64,000 nt of DNA from Clostridia bacterium (lineage in GTDB: Bacteria; Bacillota; Sulfobacillia; JAJZYS01; JAJYTV01), in the NCBI GenBank assembly GCA_027420455.1, contig DAIBJA010000072.1, positions 24 through 64,023 of the forward strand. Direction: 5' to 3'. The position numbers were made by a program, and so were the translations under genes. This document shows, in pieces, positions 40,655 through 52,019 of the stretch (position 1 is its first letter; every line of letters begins with the position of its first letter). A model generated the notes under the pieces. That model was not told where the DNA came from and did not search any database. It saw nothing but the letters and a program-made list of their open reading frames with translations.

Positions 40655-40772
40655 TCCTGACGTCGCGAGGGGCAGCGCCGCACATCCGCGGTGCTGCCCC
40701 GCTCGATTTTGCTGCAACTGCGTGCAGGATATGCCACCGAACCGACAGGGCTCGCCATGTTATGCTAACAGG

Positions 40773-41780
40773 GTGCAAAAGCTAGAGCGGCCCGCTCCGT
40801 CGCGTCAAAGACCAGTCTCTTTTCGTGCGCTGCTCGCGTTGGCCTGGCTCGCGTGCGCTGCGCTCCTGGTCGGACCTGCGCCGGCGCGGGCTCAGGCCGC
40901 GGCCGGCCTCGACTGGTTCGGTCCCACGCTGCTGCCGAAGTATCGCATCGTGTCGTATTACGGCAACCCCCTGTCCGCGACGATGGGCGTGCTGGGACAG
41001 GGAACGACGCAGGAGATGCTCGCCCGCCTTGCCGCGCAGGAGCAGGCCTACCAGACGGCGGATCCTGGCCACAAGGTGATCGGGGCGCTCGAGCTCGTCG
41101 CCGTGGTGGCCCAGCGCAGTCCTGGCCCCCAGGGCTACTACAGCTCCCGGATGCCATACTCCGTGATCCAGGGCGAACTTGACCTGGCGCGCAGCCATCA
41201 CCTCCTCCTGATTCTCGATGTCCAGATCGGGCATGCGACGGTACAGAGCGAGTTGCAGTATCTTGCACCGTTCCTCCGCCAACCGGATGTGGAACTGGCG
41301 CTCGATCCCGAGTTCGCCATGCTGCCGGGAGACATCCCCGGCGTCCAGTTCGGATCGATGCCGACGCCGCCCATCAACTGGGCTCTTCAGTACCTGCAGT
41401 CGATCACCGTGCGCTACCACCTGCCGCAGAAGATCCTGATCCTGCACCAGTTCATCGAGAGCATGGTGCCGGACTGGCAGCAGATCCAGGAGCAGCCCGA
41501 CGTCGTCCTGGTCCGCGACCTCGACGGCTTTGGCGGCTGGCAGCTCAAGTCGTCGGAGTACGAGCGGTTCATCCAGCAGGAGGCCATCCCGTACGTCGTG
41601 CCCTTCAAGAGCCCCCTCGGCGTGCGCGGCGCCTTGAACGGCTTCTACGTCGCGCGCATCGAGAGCCACTTCGTCGTCGCAGGCGGCATGAAGCTCTTCT
41701 ACACCCAGGACCATCCGCTCGCGACGCCCGCCATGGTGCTCGCCCTCGATCCGCCGCCGCTCGTCGTCATCTACCAGTAG
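40773..41780 (+). CDS. Secreted hypothetical protein. Signal peptide has an AxA-like cleavage site (ARA|QAAAG).
   Basis: GTG start gives MQKLERPAPSRQRPVSFRALLALAWLACAALLVGPAPARA. No confident family assignment. Confidence 0.55.
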   Translation: MQKLERPAPSRQRPVSFRALLALAWLACAALLVGPAPARAQAAAGLDWFGPTLLPKYRIVSYYGNPLSATMGVLGQGTTQEMLARLAAQEQAYQTADPGHKVIGALELVAVVAQRSPGPQGYYSSRMPYSVIQGELDLARSHHLLLILDVQIGHATVQSELQYLAPFLRQPDVELALDPEFAMLPGDIPGVQFGSMPTPPINWALQYLQSITVRYHLPQKILILHQFIESMVPDWQQIQEQPDVVLVRDLDGFGGWQLKSSEYERFIQQEAIPYVVPFKSPLGVRGALNGFYVARIESHFVVAGGMKLFYTQDHPLATPAMVLALDPPPLVVIYQ

Positions 41781-41785
41781 CGCGC

Positions 41786-41815
41786 AAAGGGCCGCCCGGC
41801 GACGGGCGGCCCTTT
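41786..41815. terminator. Bidirectional terminator hairpin.
   Basis: AAAGGGCCGCCCG-GCGA-CGGGCGGCCCTTT, a 13-bp perfect stem between convergent genes. Confidence 0.6.
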
Positions 41816-41825
41816 CTGATGGCGC

Positions 41826-42857
41826 TCAGCGGTAGGACTGGCGGGCCGCGAGGTAGCGGGGGTCTTCGCGCCGCAGACGGTCGGGATCGGTGCCGCGCGC
41901 AAGGGCAGCGTGGTAGGTCAGCAGCTGGAGAAAGACACCGGCAAGCCAGGGGTAGGTGTCGGCCGACGCCGACGGCGCCCAGGACGCGAGGGTCGGCAGG
42001 TCGATCGCAAGCAGGGAGAGATCGACGATCCCGGCCAGCTTCTTGAGGTCGTCCGCCCTATGGGCGGCCGCTGGACCGAGTATGGCGACCACGTGGTCAC
42101 CCGGCTCGTAGGCGGGGACGTAGCCGTGAAAGAACTGTTCGAGCTCGAGCGCCTGATTCTCGAGGTACGCGGCCTCGCTCAACTTGAGTCCGACCTCCCG
42201 GGCGAGGGGCAGCCCCTCGGCGGCGCCCAAGATCACGCGCCGGCCACCGAGCAGACCCTTTGCTGCCTGCGCGATCTCGCTCTCGTGTCTCAAGACCCCT
42301 GCGATGCCGTCCGCCACATCGATCGGCGAGGGCAGCGTCAACTGCGGCGGCAGCTGGGCGGCGGCCGCCTTCAGGAGCAGGACGGTCATGAGCGATGAGA
42401 GCGTGAAGCTGATCGTGTGGCACCATGAGAGTTCGCGGGCATAGCCGGTCGGAACCGTGACGCTCGCGAGGCTGGCCGCCGTGGAGGAAGGGAAGCCCGT
42501 GATCAGCACCGTGGGCACCTCGCGCTCTCGCGCGGCAGCGAGCAGGTCCAGCACGGCGGCGGTCTCGCCGGAATGGCTGAAGGCCACGATCGGACGCCGG
42601 CGGTCGAGCGGGACCTGCCGCTGCAGCAGGGGGAAGGCGCCGGACGCGACGACCTGGCCGCCTCGTTCGTATAAATAGCTGGCGGCGAGTTCCGCCGCGA
42701 ACAGCGCCGTGCCACAGCCGGCCAGGATCGGCACCTTGCCCGCCAGGATGCCGGCGGCGGCGTCGGCGCTGCGAGCCACCGCCTCGCCTAGCGCCAGCAC
42801 ATGAGCGGGCTGCGCCAGGATCTCCTCGTACATGTGGTAGGGGCCTTGGCCGCTCAA
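41826..42857 (-). CDS. SIS-domain sugar-phosphate isomerase/aminotransferase-like protein (double SIS, AgaS/GlmS C-terminal-like).
   Basis: Two SIS-domain motif regions. TTG start with GGAGGTG RBS. Sits at the 3' end of the pentose-phosphate operon. Confidence 0.75.
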   Translation of the reverse strand: MSGQGPYHMYEEILAQPAHVLALGEAVARSADAAAGILAGKVPILAGCGTALFAAELAASYLYERGGQVVASGAFPLLQRQVPLDRRRPIVAFSHSGETAAVLDLLAAAREREVPTVLITGFPSSTAASLASVTVPTGYARELSWCHTISFTLSSLMTVLLLKAAAAQLPPQLTLPSPIDVADGIAGVLRHESEIAQAAKGLLGGRRVILGAAEGLPLAREVGLKLSEAAYLENQALELEQFFHGYVPAYEPGDHVVAILGPAAAHRADDLKKLAGIVDLSLLAIDLPTLASWAPSASADTYPWLAGVFLQLLTYHAALARGTDPDRLRREDPRYLAARQSYR

Positions 42858-43582
42858 GACACCACCTCCGTCGACTCATCGGACACTGCCTCACGGTCGC
42901 AGAAGACCACGGTCTCCAGTCGGCCGCGCAGGAAAGAGGTGGGAATGCGGGGGTCCGGCGCCTCCGCCGCCAGCGCGGCATGCAGCGCCCTGCGCTTGGC
43001 CGCGCCCGTGACCAGGAAGAAGATCCGCGCCGTGCCCGATAGCGCCGCAGGCGTCAGCGAGATGCGCTCCCGGGGCGGAGTCGGCACGTAGGTCGCGATG
43101 GCGAGGTCGGCTGCGGCGAGGCCGGGGCAGCCGGGAAAGAGCGAGAGCGTGTGTCCTTCGGGCCCCATGCCGACCAGGGCCAAGGTGAACGGAGGCTGCT
43201 GTCCGAGTCGCTCGAGCAACCGGTCGTGATACCGGCGTGCGCCCTCCTCGCCACCGAGTTCTCCCAGCATGCGATGCACCCGCCCGGCGGCGATGCCGAG
43301 AGGCTTCAGCAGCGTCTCCTGCGCGAGGCGGTAGTTGCTCTTAGGGTGATCCGGTCCGACGCAGCGCTCGTCGCCGAACCAGTATTCCGCATCGTGCCAG
43401 TGCGGAGCGGCCGATTCCTCACCCGCGGTCGCCAGGATCACATAGACGGCGCGCGGCGTCTGCCCTCCCGCCAGCACGACCTGCGGCTCTTTTGCCTCGC
43501 GCAGCGCCTCGGCCATGGCGGTGGCGCAGGCCTTCATGGTGTCCGCGACCGTCGGAAAGACGCGCAGTTCGAGGCCGCTCAT
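42854..43582 (-). CDS. pgl: 6-phosphogluconolactonase.
   Basis: DevB/Pgl family, with HWHDAEYWFGDER and LVGMGPEGHTLSLFPG motifs. Confidence 0.85.
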   Translation of the reverse strand: MSGLELRVFPTVADTMKACATAMAEALREAKEPQVVLAGGQTPRAVYVILATAGEESAAPHWHDAEYWFGDERCVGPDHPKSNYRLAQETLLKPLGIAAGRVHRMLGELGGEEGARRYHDRLLERLGQQPPFTLALVGMGPEGHTLSLFPGCPGLAAADLAIATYVPTPPRERISLTPAALSGTARIFFLVTGAAKRRALHAALAAEAPDPRIPTSFLRGRLETVVFCDREAVSDESTEVVS

Positions 43583-45033
43583 CGCAGGTGCCAGCGGCGT
43601 CCGTCATGGTGCAGGAGCTCGTCGGCCGCCTCCGGTCCGAGGCTGCCGGCGCGGTAGATGTCCGGCCCGATTTCCTCCTGGCGCCAGCCCGCCTCGATGG
43701 CGTCCACCACCTGCCACGCGGCCTCGACCTCGTCGCGCCTAGTGAAGAGGGTGCCGTCACCGGTGATCGCGTCGTAGAGGAGACGCTCGTAAGCCTCGGT
43801 TCCCGGTTTGCCGAAGGTGCCATAGTCGAAGGCCATGTCGACGTCGCGCAGCTCGATGCGCAGGCCGGGCACCTTGGCCCCGACCGACAGAGTCATGCCC
43901 TCGTCCGGCTGGATCCGCAGCCTGAGCACGTTGGGCTGCAGGCGCGTCTCGCGCGGGAAGAGGCGCTGCGGGGCGCGCTGGAACTGCACCGAGATTTCGC
44001 TGACGCGGCGCCCGAGGCGCTTGCCGGTGCGCAGGTAGAAGGGCACGTCGGCCCAGCGCCAGTTCTCGACCTGCAGTTTGACAGCCGCGAACGTCTCCTG
44101 CTGGGAGTCGCGGCGCACGTCGGGTTCCTCCCGGTAGCCAGGCACCGGCTTGCCGGCCATTTCGCCCGGTCCGTACTGACCCCGCACGGTCACGTTCGGC
44201 ACCTCGTGCGGTGCGGGCAGCCTGAGCGCGCGCAGCACCTTGACCTTTTCGTTGTGCACCTGCTCGGCGTCGAAGGTGACAGGCGGCTCCATGGCGATCA
44301 GGGTCAGGAGCTGCAGGAGGTGGTTCTGCATCATGTCCCGCAGCGCTCCGGCCTCCTCGTAGTACTTGCCGCGGTGCTCCACGCCGATCGACTCCATCAC
44401 CGAGATCTGGACGTGGTCGACGTAGCGCCTGTTCCAGAGCGGCTCGAAGATGCCGTTCGCGAAGCGCAGGACGAGGATGTTCTGCACGGTCTCCTTGCCG
44501 AGATAGTGGTCGATGCGGAAGACCTGGTCCTCCCGGAACACCGAGAGAAGTTCCTGGTTGAGCTCTCGCGCGCTGAGAAGATCATGGCCGAACGGTTTCT
44601 CGACGATGATGCGGCTGAAGCCGTGGGATTCGTCCTGCAGCCCGACGCTGCCGAGTGCCTGGAAGATGTCGGTATAGGTGCTGGGCGGCGCCGCCAGATA
44701 GAAGATGCGGCCAGCGAACGGTCCCTGGGCGGCCTCGATCTCATCGAGCCGGCTGCCAAGGGCCTTGTAGTCGTCCGCCTGGCGAAGGTCGCCTACGACG
44801 TAGACGGCCTGGGCTATCACGTCGTCGGCGTCGCTGCCTTCCACGGTCTCGTGCAGGCGCTGGCGGAAGCTCTCGTCGTCGAGAGGCTGCCGTGCGAAGC
44901 CGACGAGCGGCATCGGGCCTCCGATCAGGCCGGCGCGTCGCAGGCCCGCGATCGCCGGAACCAGCTTGCGATGGGTGAGGTCGCCTGTGGCGCCGAGGAC
45001 GCAGAGCAGGACTCCCCTGGCCTGCGCGCTCAT
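43579..45033 (-). CDS. zwf: Glucose-6-phosphate 1-dehydrogenase.
   Basis: GATGDL NADP site, and RIDHYLGKE and EKPFG motifs. Start at the internal ATG with GGTGGAGAG RBS; the 5' extension of the 675-aa ORF is low complexity. Confidence 0.9.
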   Translation of the reverse strand: MSAQARGVLLCVLGATGDLTHRKLVPAIAGLRRAGLIGGPMPLVGFARQPLDDESFRQRLHETVEGSDADDVIAQAVYVVGDLRQADDYKALGSRLDEIEAAQGPFAGRIFYLAAPPSTYTDIFQALGSVGLQDESHGFSRIIVEKPFGHDLLSARELNQELLSVFREDQVFRIDHYLGKETVQNILVLRFANGIFEPLWNRRYVDHVQISVMESIGVEHRGKYYEEAGALRDMMQNHLLQLLTLIAMEPPVTFDAEQVHNEKVKVLRALRLPAPHEVPNVTVRGQYGPGEMAGKPVPGYREEPDVRRDSQQETFAAVKLQVENWRWADVPFYLRTGKRLGRRVSEISVQFQRAPQRLFPRETRLQPNVLRLRIQPDEGMTLSVGAKVPGLRIELRDVDMAFDYGTFGKPGTEAYERLLYDAITGDGTLFTRRDEVEAAWQVVDAIEAGWRQEEIGPDIYRAGSLGPEAADELLHHDGRRWHLR

Positions 45034-45926
45034 CGGCTCTCCACCTTGTGTCCGCCGAATTCGTTGCGCAGGGCGGCGATCACCCGGTTGGCCAGGGTGT
45101 CCTCCTGGCGCGAGAGGAAGCGCTGCTGCAGGGAGAGCGTGATCACCGGCGCCGCGACGCCGCGCTCGATCGCCTCGACGGCCGTCCAGCGGCCTTCGCC
45201 GGAATCGTCGACATAACCGCGCAGGTGCTGAAGCTCCGGGTCCTTCTCGAGCGCCTGAGCCAGGAGGTCGAGAAGCCAGCTGCGCACGACCGAACCGTGT
45301 CGCCACAGCTCGGCCACCTCCTCGAGCTGCAGGTCGAACGGTCCGCGCTTCAGGAGCTCGAAGCCTTCGCCGTAGGCTTCGAGCATGCCGTACTCGATCC
45401 CGTTGTGCACCATCTTGACGTAATGCCCTGAGCCTGGCGCCCCGGTGTGGAGCAGGCCGCCCTCCGGGGCCAGGGCCTTGAGCGCCGGTTCGAGACGGCT
45501 GAACGCTTCGACGCTGGCACCGACCATGAGGCAGTAGCCCTCCTGGAGGCCCCAGATGCCGCCGCTCGTGCCGGCGTCGACGAACTCCACCTCCGCGGCT
45601 TCGCACAGCTTCGCCATCTCGATGCTGTCCTTGTAGTGGCTGTTGCCGCCATCCACCAGGATGTCGCTGGGCCCGACGCGCTCCAAGAGATGCGCGATGG
45701 TCTTCTGGGTGGGGGCGCCGGCCGGAACCATCAGCCAGACGACGCGGGGTGGCCGCAGCATCTCGCAGAGATCATCGAGCGACGACGCCGTGCCGATGCC
45801 GTCGGACTCCACGGCTTTGCGGGCTTCCTCGCTCGGGTCGAACCCGATCACCCGGTGACCGCCGCGCGCGAGGCGCCGCGCCATGTTGGCGCCCATGCGT
45901 CCGAGTCCCACCATGCCGATCTCCAT
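45030..45926 (-). CDS. gnd: 6-phosphogluconate dehydrogenase, short (YqeC/GndA-like, decarboxylating) form.
   Basis: GLGRMGANMARRL Rossmann fold, 298 aa. Confidence 0.85.
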   Translation of the reverse strand: MEIGMVGLGRMGANMARRLARGGHRVIGFDPSEEARKAVESDGIGTASSLDDLCEMLRPPRVVWLMVPAGAPTQKTIAHLLERVGPSDILVDGGNSHYKDSIEMAKLCEAAEVEFVDAGTSGGIWGLQEGYCLMVGASVEAFSRLEPALKALAPEGGLLHTGAPGSGHYVKMVHNGIEYGMLEAYGEGFELLKRGPFDLQLEEVAELWRHGSVVRSWLLDLLAQALEKDPELQHLRGYVDDSGEGRWTAVEAIERGVAAPVITLSLQQRFLSRQEDTLANRVIAALRNEFGGHKVESR

Positions 45927-45932
45927 CGTGCT

Positions 45933-48587
45933 TCAGCTCCCTTCGCTGGGGGCCATGGCCGCGATCACGCCGGCCAGGCGCTCGATCTCCTCCTCTGCGT
46001 TGCCGTCGAGCAGCACACGGGCGAACGGGCGGCCTCGAGCGATGAGCGCCTGGGCGTCACCCTCCGCCTGCGCCGCAAAGAGCGCGGCGAGCGTGAAGGG
46101 AAGTCCGGGAATGTCGATGTTCCCCTCGGGCGGCGCGTAGAGCTGGAGGAAACTGCCGCTGTCCGGGCCGCCTTTGTGGTACTGTCCCGTGGAATGCAGG
46201 TAGCGGGGGCCGATGCCTACGGTGACCACCGCGCCGGTGCGGTCGGCGACCTTCTGGCCGAGGCCGCGCGCTGCTGCCAGCAGCGACGGGTCCGACCGCG
46301 CGTAGACCTGCACCGCCAGGTATCCAGGCGGCTCCACGGCGGACACCACATCCATCGGGTCGCCTACCTCTGCGAGCGCACCGCCGCTCCGGCCGTCCTT
46401 GAGGACCTCTTCCGTGTTCCGCTTGCTCTCGGCCACGTTCGGCTCGTCGAAGGGGTCGATCTCGAGCAGGCGACCGAGGAGCGCAGTGGCGCACTCCCAG
46501 GTCGCGACGGCGGCGCCGAGCGCGGCTGCATCTTCTAGGGCGCCGAGCGCGATGTACGGCACCGCGCTCGAGCCTGTGCCGAAACTGACACCGATGCGAT
46601 CGGCTCCCGGCGGCGAACCTGGCGCTGGCAGGACGCCGCGGCCGGACTTGCCGGTGCTCTCGGCGAGAAGCTGCTCGAGCCAGTCGACGAAGGGCAGGTC
46701 GTCCGTCGGAGGCAGGGCGAGCTTCTGCCTGCCTGCTCCGTGCGCCGCAGCCAAGGCGGCCGCCAGCCTGGCTGCGGTAGAGTGCTCCGTCGCCCCCAGG
46801 AGCTCTGTCATCGCCTCGCGACCTCCGGCGAGCAGCGCTTCGAGGTCGTAGCCGAGCACGGCGCCCGGCACGAGGCCAAAGAGAGAGAGAGCCGAGTAGC
46901 GCCCGCCGATGTCCGGCGGGTTCAAAAAGCAGCCGCCGAAGCGCTCGGCCTCCGCCAGTGCGCTCAGCGGGGTGCCGGGATCGGTGATCGCGTAGAAGCG
47001 TCGGCTGGCCCCCTCGCCGAGGACATGGTCGGCCGCCGCGCGCAGGATGTGGTAGAGTACCTCCACTTCCCGCGTGGTGCCGCTCTTCGATGAGAGCAGC
47101 ACGGCCGTCTCCTGCCAGCTGATGCCGGCAAGCAGTGCCTCTATGGCGTCCGGCTGCGTGGTATCCACGACGTCGAGGGTGATGCGCGGCGCCGGCGCGA
47201 GACGCCGCAGCACGTCAGGGAAGAGGGAACTGCCACCCATGCCGCACAGTACCAGACGGCGCACGCCCTGCCGCTGGAGATCCTGCGCGAACGCCTCGAG
47301 CTCCGGCAGCCGCTCCTGCATGGCATCGCAGAGCTGCAGCCAGCCAAGGCGCCTCTTCGCCACCTCCGGCGCGTCGAAGAGCAGAGTGTCTCCTCTCCTC
47401 AGGCGTTCTGCGGCATCCTCGGCCGCCAAGGACTCGAGATGCGCCGCTGCAGGCCCGACGAGAGCCCCCAGGGCGAAGCTTCCCGCGTCGCTCGGACGCA
47501 GTTCCTTGGCCTTGATCTCGATCTCGTTGAAAAGGCGCGCGAAGGCGTCCTCGAAGCTAGCGACGCCCTGGCGCTGGAGCTCCTCGCCGACCGCTTCGAG
47601 ATCGAAGCCGAGCCGCGTCAGCCCTTCGACGACCTGCCGCGCTTCGCCGATTCCCTCATGCAGCGTCGTGCGGGCCAGGCCATGGTCGCGGAAGGCCGTC
47701 AGTGTGGCGGGAGGGATCGTGTTGACTGTCTCCGGCCCGATCAGTTCCTCGACGTAGAGCGTGTCGCGGTAGGCGGGGTTCTTCGTGGACGTGCTCGCCC
47801 AAAGCGGCCGCTGCGCGCTGGCGCCGTGCCGCTTGAGTTCGGCGAAGGGCGCCCCGTGGAAGATCTCCGAGAAGGCTTCGTAGGCGAGTCGCGCATTGGC
47901 GACGGCCGCCTTGCCCGCGAGCGCTCCGGCCTCCTCGCCCAGTGCCTCGAGGCGGGGGTCGAGCAGGGTGTCGACGCGGCTCACGAAGAAGCTCGCCACG
48001 GAGTGGATGCCCGAGACGTCGAGGCCCTCCTTGAGACGGCGTGCCAGGCCCTTGACGTAGGCCTCGGCTATGCGCCGGTACTGGGAGAGGGAGAAGAGCA
48101 GCGTGACGTTGATGTTGAGTCCCTGGTAGGTGAGCTCCTCGATCGCCTGGGCACCTTCGACGGTGCCCGGCACCTTGATCATGATGTTCGGCAGGCCGAG
48201 GCGACCGAAGAGGTGCATAGCTTCCTGGATCGTCCCCTCGGCGTCGTGCGCCAGGTGCGGGGAGACTTCGAGACTGACGAAGCCGTCCTGGCCGCGGCTT
48301 GCATCGTGCACGCCGCGCAGGATCTCGGCCGCGAGGCCGATGTCGCGCAGCGCGAGCTCCTCGTAGATCTCTGCGGTACCTGCCCCGAGCGCCGCGAGCG
48401 CGGCGATCTGTGGGTCGTAATCGCGGCTGCGACCGATCGCCTGTTCGAAGATGGCCGGGTTCGAAGTGACGCCGCGGACGCCTGAGGCCACGTCGCGGCT
48501 GAAGCCTCCGTCGCGCAGATAGGAACGCAGGATGTAGTCGATCCAGACGCTCTGTCCGAGTTCCTGCAGGTCGATGAGATCAGACAT
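45933..48587 (-). CDS. tal-pgi: Bifunctional transaldolase / glucose-6-phosphate isomerase.
   Basis: N-terminal transaldolase domain of about 370 aa ([14 protein letters not shown]). C-terminal PGI domain of about 500 aa. Confidence 0.85.
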   Translation of the reverse strand: MSDLIDLQELGQSVWIDYILRSYLRDGGFSRDVASGVRGVTSNPAIFEQAIGRSRDYDPQIAALAALGAGTAEIYEELALRDIGLAAEILRGVHDASRGQDGFVSLEVSPHLAHDAEGTIQEAMHLFGRLGLPNIMIKVPGTVEGAQAIEELTYQGLNINVTLLFSLSQYRRIAEAYVKGLARRLKEGLDVSGIHSVASFFVSRVDTLLDPRLEALGEEAGALAGKAAVANARLAYEAFSEIFHGAPFAELKRHGASAQRPLWASTSTKNPAYRDTLYVEELIGPETVNTIPPATLTAFRDHGLARTTLHEGIGEARQVVEGLTRLGFDLEAVGEELQRQGVASFEDAFARLFNEIEIKAKELRPSDAGSFALGALVGPAAAHLESLAAEDAAERLRRGDTLLFDAPEVAKRRLGWLQLCDAMQERLPELEAFAQDLQRQGVRRLVLCGMGGSSLFPDVLRRLAPAPRITLDVVDTTQPDAIEALLAGISWQETAVLLSSKSGTTREVEVLYHILRAAADHVLGEGASRRFYAITDPGTPLSALAEAERFGGCFLNPPDIGGRYSALSLFGLVPGAVLGYDLEALLAGGREAMTELLGATEHSTAARLAAALAAAHGAGRQKLALPPTDDLPFVDWLEQLLAESTGKSGRGVLPAPGSPPGADRIGVSFGTGSSAVPYIALGALEDAAALGAAVATWECATALLGRLLEIDPFDEPNVAESKRNTEEVLKDGRSGGALAEVGDPMDVVSAVEPPGYLAVQVYARSDPSLLAAARGLGQKVADRTGAVVTVGIGPRYLHSTGQYHKGGPDSGSFLQLYAPPEGNIDIPGLPFTLAALFAAQAEGDAQALIARGRPFARVLLDGNAEEEIERLAGVIAAMAPSEGS

Positions 48588-50640
48588 GGCGATCCTCCTT
48601 TCCGAGCAGTGTGCGCACAGCCTCCTGGACCGCCTCGGGCGTCAGCCCGAACGCACGGTAGAGCACCTCACCGGGGGCCGAGGCGCCGAAGTCGTCGAGG
48701 GCCACGCAGGCCCGGCGCGGGCCGAGGAAGGGCAGGAACTGTCCCGGCTCCGCGGCGACGACGGCCACCTGGGGCAGGCCCGGCGGCAGTACGGATGCCC
48801 GCTCCGCCTCTCCCCTCGCGGCGAATGTCTTGAAGCAGGGAGCGCTCACCACGCGCACCTCCAAGCCCTCCGTCCTCAGCCGCTCCTGGGCGGCCAAGGC
48901 GATCGAGACCTCGCTGCCCGAGGCGACGAGCACGGCTGCAGGGGGACCTTCCGCGTCGCGCAGCACGTAGGCGCCCTGTTCGATCGCATCCTCCGGCACG
49001 CCCGCGAGCACCGGCAGCTTCTGCCGGCTGAGCGCGAGGGCCGTCGGGTGCCCTGCAGAGCTCGCCGCAAATGCCCAGGCGAGCCGGGTCTCGCTTGCGT
49101 CGGCCGGACGGATGACGAAGAGGTTCGGAATCAGCTCGAGCGCCGCGAGCTGCTCGATCGGCTGGTGCGTCGGCCCGTCCTCGCCGAGGCCGATCGAGTC
49201 GTGGGTCAGGACGTAGGTCACAGGCAGGCGCATCAGGGCTGAGAGCCGCATCGAGGGCCGCATGTAGTCCGAGAAGATCAGGAAGGTGCCGCCATATGGC
49301 CTCAGTCCGCCGTGCGCAGCCATGCCGTTCATGATCGCGGCCATCGCGTGCTCGCGCACCCCGAAGTGGATGTTGCGGCCGGCGAAGTCACCTGCCGCGA
49401 TGTCGCCGAGGCCGGTGAGCGCTGTGTCATTCGACGGGGCAAGGTCCGCCGAGCCGCCCAGGAGGTCGGGCAGGCGCAGCGCGAGGCGCTGCAGGACCTT
49501 GCCCGAGGCCGAGCGGGTTGCCATCTCGCCCTCGGCGGGGAAGGGGGGGATATCCTGCCTTATGTCTTCAGACGGACTGCCGGCCATCACGCGCAGGAAC
49601 TCGACGTGGAGTTCGGGATCCGCGTCGCGCATGAGGTCGAGGCGCTTCTGCCACTCCGCGACGAGCTGTTCGCCGCGCTTTCGATACTGCGGCGCGAAGG
49701 CCTTCACGTCGTCCGGCAACCAGAATGTCTCGCCTTCGGGCACGCCGAGGAAGCGATGCGTCGCGGCCGTCGCATCCGGTCCCAGCGCCGCACCGTGTAC
49801 CGCGGCCGTATCCACCTTGGGCGAGCCGTAGCCGATGTGGGTGCGGACCCCAATGAGCACGGGTCCGTCCGCAGCCTCTGCCTGGGTGACGGCACGGTCG
49901 ATGGCCGCGAGGTCGTTGCCGTCGTCGACCGCGAGCACCTGCCAGCCGTAGGAACGGAAGCGCTCTGCGGTATCGTCGGTGAACGCGAGATCGGTGGACC
50001 CTTCGATCGAGATCCGGTTGTCGTCGTAGAGGACGATCAGCCCCGGCAGGCGGAGATGACCGGCGAAGGAGGCCGCTTCATGCGAGATCCCTTCCATCAG
50101 GTCGCCATCCGAGCAGATCACGTAGGTGCGGTGGCGGACGGCTTCGCGCCCGGGCCTGTTGTAGCGGGCGGCGAGGTGCGCCGCGCCGAGTGCCATGCCG
50201 ACGGCATTGGCGATGCCCTGGCCGAGCGGACCGGTCGTGACCTCGATGCCGGGGGTGACGCCCCGCTCGGGATGTCCGGGTGTCCTGCTGCCCCACTGGC
50301 GGAACTGCTTCAGCTCGTCCAGCGGGAGGTCGTAGCCGAAAACATGCAGGAGCGCGTAAACTAGTGCCGAACCGTGGCCTGCGGAGAGTACGAAGCGATC
50401 GCGGTCGGGCCAGTCCGGCGCCTGCGGCGCGAAGCGGAGATGGCGGGAGAAGAGGACATAGGCCATCGGAGCCGCTCCGAGCGGCAGTCCCGGGTGGCCG
50501 GAGCGTGCCTTTTCCACCTCATCGACGGCGAGAGCCCTGAGGACGTTGACGACCCGCGTATCTTCCGCCCCGAAGCCGGAGCCGGCCCGGGGGGCATCAC
50601 CGGCGGCAGCCGGCGTACTCGGCCTCAGGGTTCCTCCCAT
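48580..50640 (-). CDS. tkt: Transketolase.
   Basis: [12 protein letters not shown] and [11 protein letters not shown] motifs. Start at the internal ATG ([10 protein letters not shown]...), downstream of an AT-rich promoter-like element. Confidence 0.85.
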   Translation of the reverse strand: MGGTLRPSTPAAAGDAPRAGSGFGAEDTRVVNVLRALAVDEVEKARSGHPGLPLGAAPMAYVLFSRHLRFAPQAPDWPDRDRFVLSAGHGSALVYALLHVFGYDLPLDELKQFRQWGSRTPGHPERGVTPGIEVTTGPLGQGIANAVGMALGAAHLAARYNRPGREAVRHRTYVICSDGDLMEGISHEAASFAGHLRLPGLIVLYDDNRISIEGSTDLAFTDDTAERFRSYGWQVLAVDDGNDLAAIDRAVTQAEAADGPVLIGVRTHIGYGSPKVDTAAVHGAALGPDATAATHRFLGVPEGETFWLPDDVKAFAPQYRKRGEQLVAEWQKRLDLMRDADPELHVEFLRVMAGSPSEDIRQDIPPFPAEGEMATRSASGKVLQRLALRLPDLLGGSADLAPSNDTALTGLGDIAAGDFAGRNIHFGVREHAMAAIMNGMAAHGGLRPYGGTFLIFSDYMRPSMRLSALMRLPVTYVLTHDSIGLGEDGPTHQPIEQLAALELIPNLFVIRPADASETRLAWAFAASSAGHPTALALSRQKLPVLAGVPEDAIEQGAYVLRDAEGPPAAVLVASGSEVSIALAAQERLRTEGLEVRVVSAPCFKTFAARGEAERASVLPPGLPQVAVVAAEPGQFLPFLGPRRACVALDDFGASAPGEVLYRAFGLTPEAVQEAVRTLLGKEDRHV

Positions 50641-50740
50641 GTCGGCTACAGAGGAACCGTCGAAGTGCTGCAAGAAAGTTCGCCCCTTCTCTGGATCTGT
50701 CCACGGCCCAGGGCCGCGGTCACGGCGTGCACGGATCAGA

Positions 50741-50800
50741 GGAACCGATTCTTGAACCATAGTAAATTGTATCATGTGGGCTTTGTTCCCCGCGTAACCA
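50741..50800. promoter_or_regulatory. AT-rich divergent promoter region between tkt and the TlpA-like gene. Candidate -10 TACAAT on the minus strand.
   Basis: The only strongly AT-rich stretch nearby in about 70% GC DNA (gatacaatttactatggttcaagaatc). Confidence 0.35.
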
Positions 50801-50862
50801 GGACGCGAAGGCGTCCGGCACCCGGGCACCCCGACCCAAGTCCCCAGGCAACGCAAGGAGGA

Positions 50863-51525
50863 ATGACCTTGGCACCGCCCCGCTCCAAGCAGACGAGCCG
50901 CAATTCCACCACCATCGTCATCGTCGTGGCGGCGGTTCTGCTCGTCGTGCTGGCCGTCGTATGGGGGCTCGCACTCGGCGGTTCAAGCAAGGGTGCACCC
51001 ACGGCGAAGGTCAAGACCAAGGCGGTCACCGTCGGTCTCGTGACGATGTCGGGTCAGCGCACCCAGGTTGCGGTCTCCGGCAAGCCGGTGACCGTGGTGG
51101 AGTTCTTCGCCATCTGGTGCCCCTACTGCGCCTACGACGCCAAGTGGGTCATGCCGGACTTCGCCAGCAGGGTGGAGAAGGCGGGCGGACGCTTCTTCGC
51201 GGTTGACGCGTCCCAGCAGTTGGGACAGGCGGTGCCCGGCCCCTTGGGCCACCCCGAGCAGGGCATCGAGGGGAGTCACCTCCAGCCGCCCGCGGGACAG
51301 GAGGAGTCGATGAGTCTGAAGGCCATGGCGCACTACAAGGCGACATTCCACCTGCCATTCCCGCTCTACTACGACGAAGGGCTCACCTACGCGACATCCG
51401 TCGGACTGCAGGGGTACCCGTCCTTCCTCTTCTACAACAGCAAGGGCAAGGCCGTCGCCGGGATCGAAGGCTGGCAGACCGAGGCCCAGCTCTGGCAGGC
51501 GTACCAGCAGGCGGCTAAGAAGTAG
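50863..51525 (+). CDS. TlpA-like membrane-anchored thiol-disulfide oxidoreductase (thioredoxin fold).
   Basis: WCPYC active site, N-terminal TM anchor, AAGGAGG RBS. Confidence 0.8.
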   Translation: MTLAPPRSKQTSRNSTTIVIVVAAVLLVVLAVVWGLALGGSSKGAPTAKVKTKAVTVGLVTMSGQRTQVAVSGKPVTVVEFFAIWCPYCAYDAKWVMPDFASRVEKAGGRFFAVDASQQLGQAVPGPLGHPEQGIEGSHLQPPAGQEESMSLKAMAHYKATFHLPFPLYYDEGLTYATSVGLQGYPSFLFYNSKGKAVAGIEGWQTEAQLWQAYQQAAKK

Positions 51526-51566
51526 GCCGCGTCGGCTGTGCTACAATCCGGCGGGAGGATGATGGC

Positions 51567-52019
51567 GTGCGTCTTCTGCTGCTGAACGGGCCCAACCTCA
51601 ACCTGCTCGGCGAGCGCGAGCCGGAGCACTATGGCCGCGAGACCTGGGCCAACATCGAGGCGCGCCTCAAGACCAGGGCGGCCGCGCTCGGCATCGAGCT
51701 CGAGTGCCGGCAGCACAGCAGCGAGGGCGGGATGATCGACATCCTCCACGCCGCGCGCCACGAAGTGGATGGCGTGATCCTGAACGCGGGTGCCTACACG
51801 CATTACGGCTACGCCCTGCGCGATGCCATCGCCGCCATCCCCCCGCCCGTCATCGAGGTGCATCTGAGTCTGCCGGAAGCGCGCGAAGAGTTTCGGCACG
51901 TCTCGGTGATCGCACCGGTCTGCGCGGGACGGATCGCCGGATTCGGCGCGCTCTCGTACGAGCTCGCGCTCGAGGCGTTCGCGCGCCTGAGAGGACCTGA
52001 GGAGGCACATACGCGGTGA
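51567..52019 (+). CDS. aroQ: 3-dehydroquinate dehydratase, type II.
   Basis: MRLLLLNGPNLNLLGERE N-terminus. GTG 8 nt after GGGAGG. Confidence 0.9.
   Translation: MRLLLLNGPNLNLLGEREPEHYGRETWANIEARLKTRAAALGIELECRQHSSEGGMIDILHAARHEVDGVILNAGAYTHYGYALRDAIAAIPPPVIEVHLSLPEAREEFRHVSVIAPVCAGRIAGFGALSYELALEAFARLRGPEEAHTR

Noticed and set aside
37333-40717. Minus-strand ORFs 37333..38919 and 39410..40717, and plus-strand 39427..40194.
   Set aside because: Antisense or alternative frames of the Amt-HK, its response regulator and amt. Low complexity (Arg/Asp/His-rich).
43492-48485. Plus-strand ORFs 43492..45216, 45447..46538 and 47439..48485 across the PPP operon.
   Set aside because: Antisense to zwf, gnd and tal-pgi. 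No RBS. Low-complexity translations.
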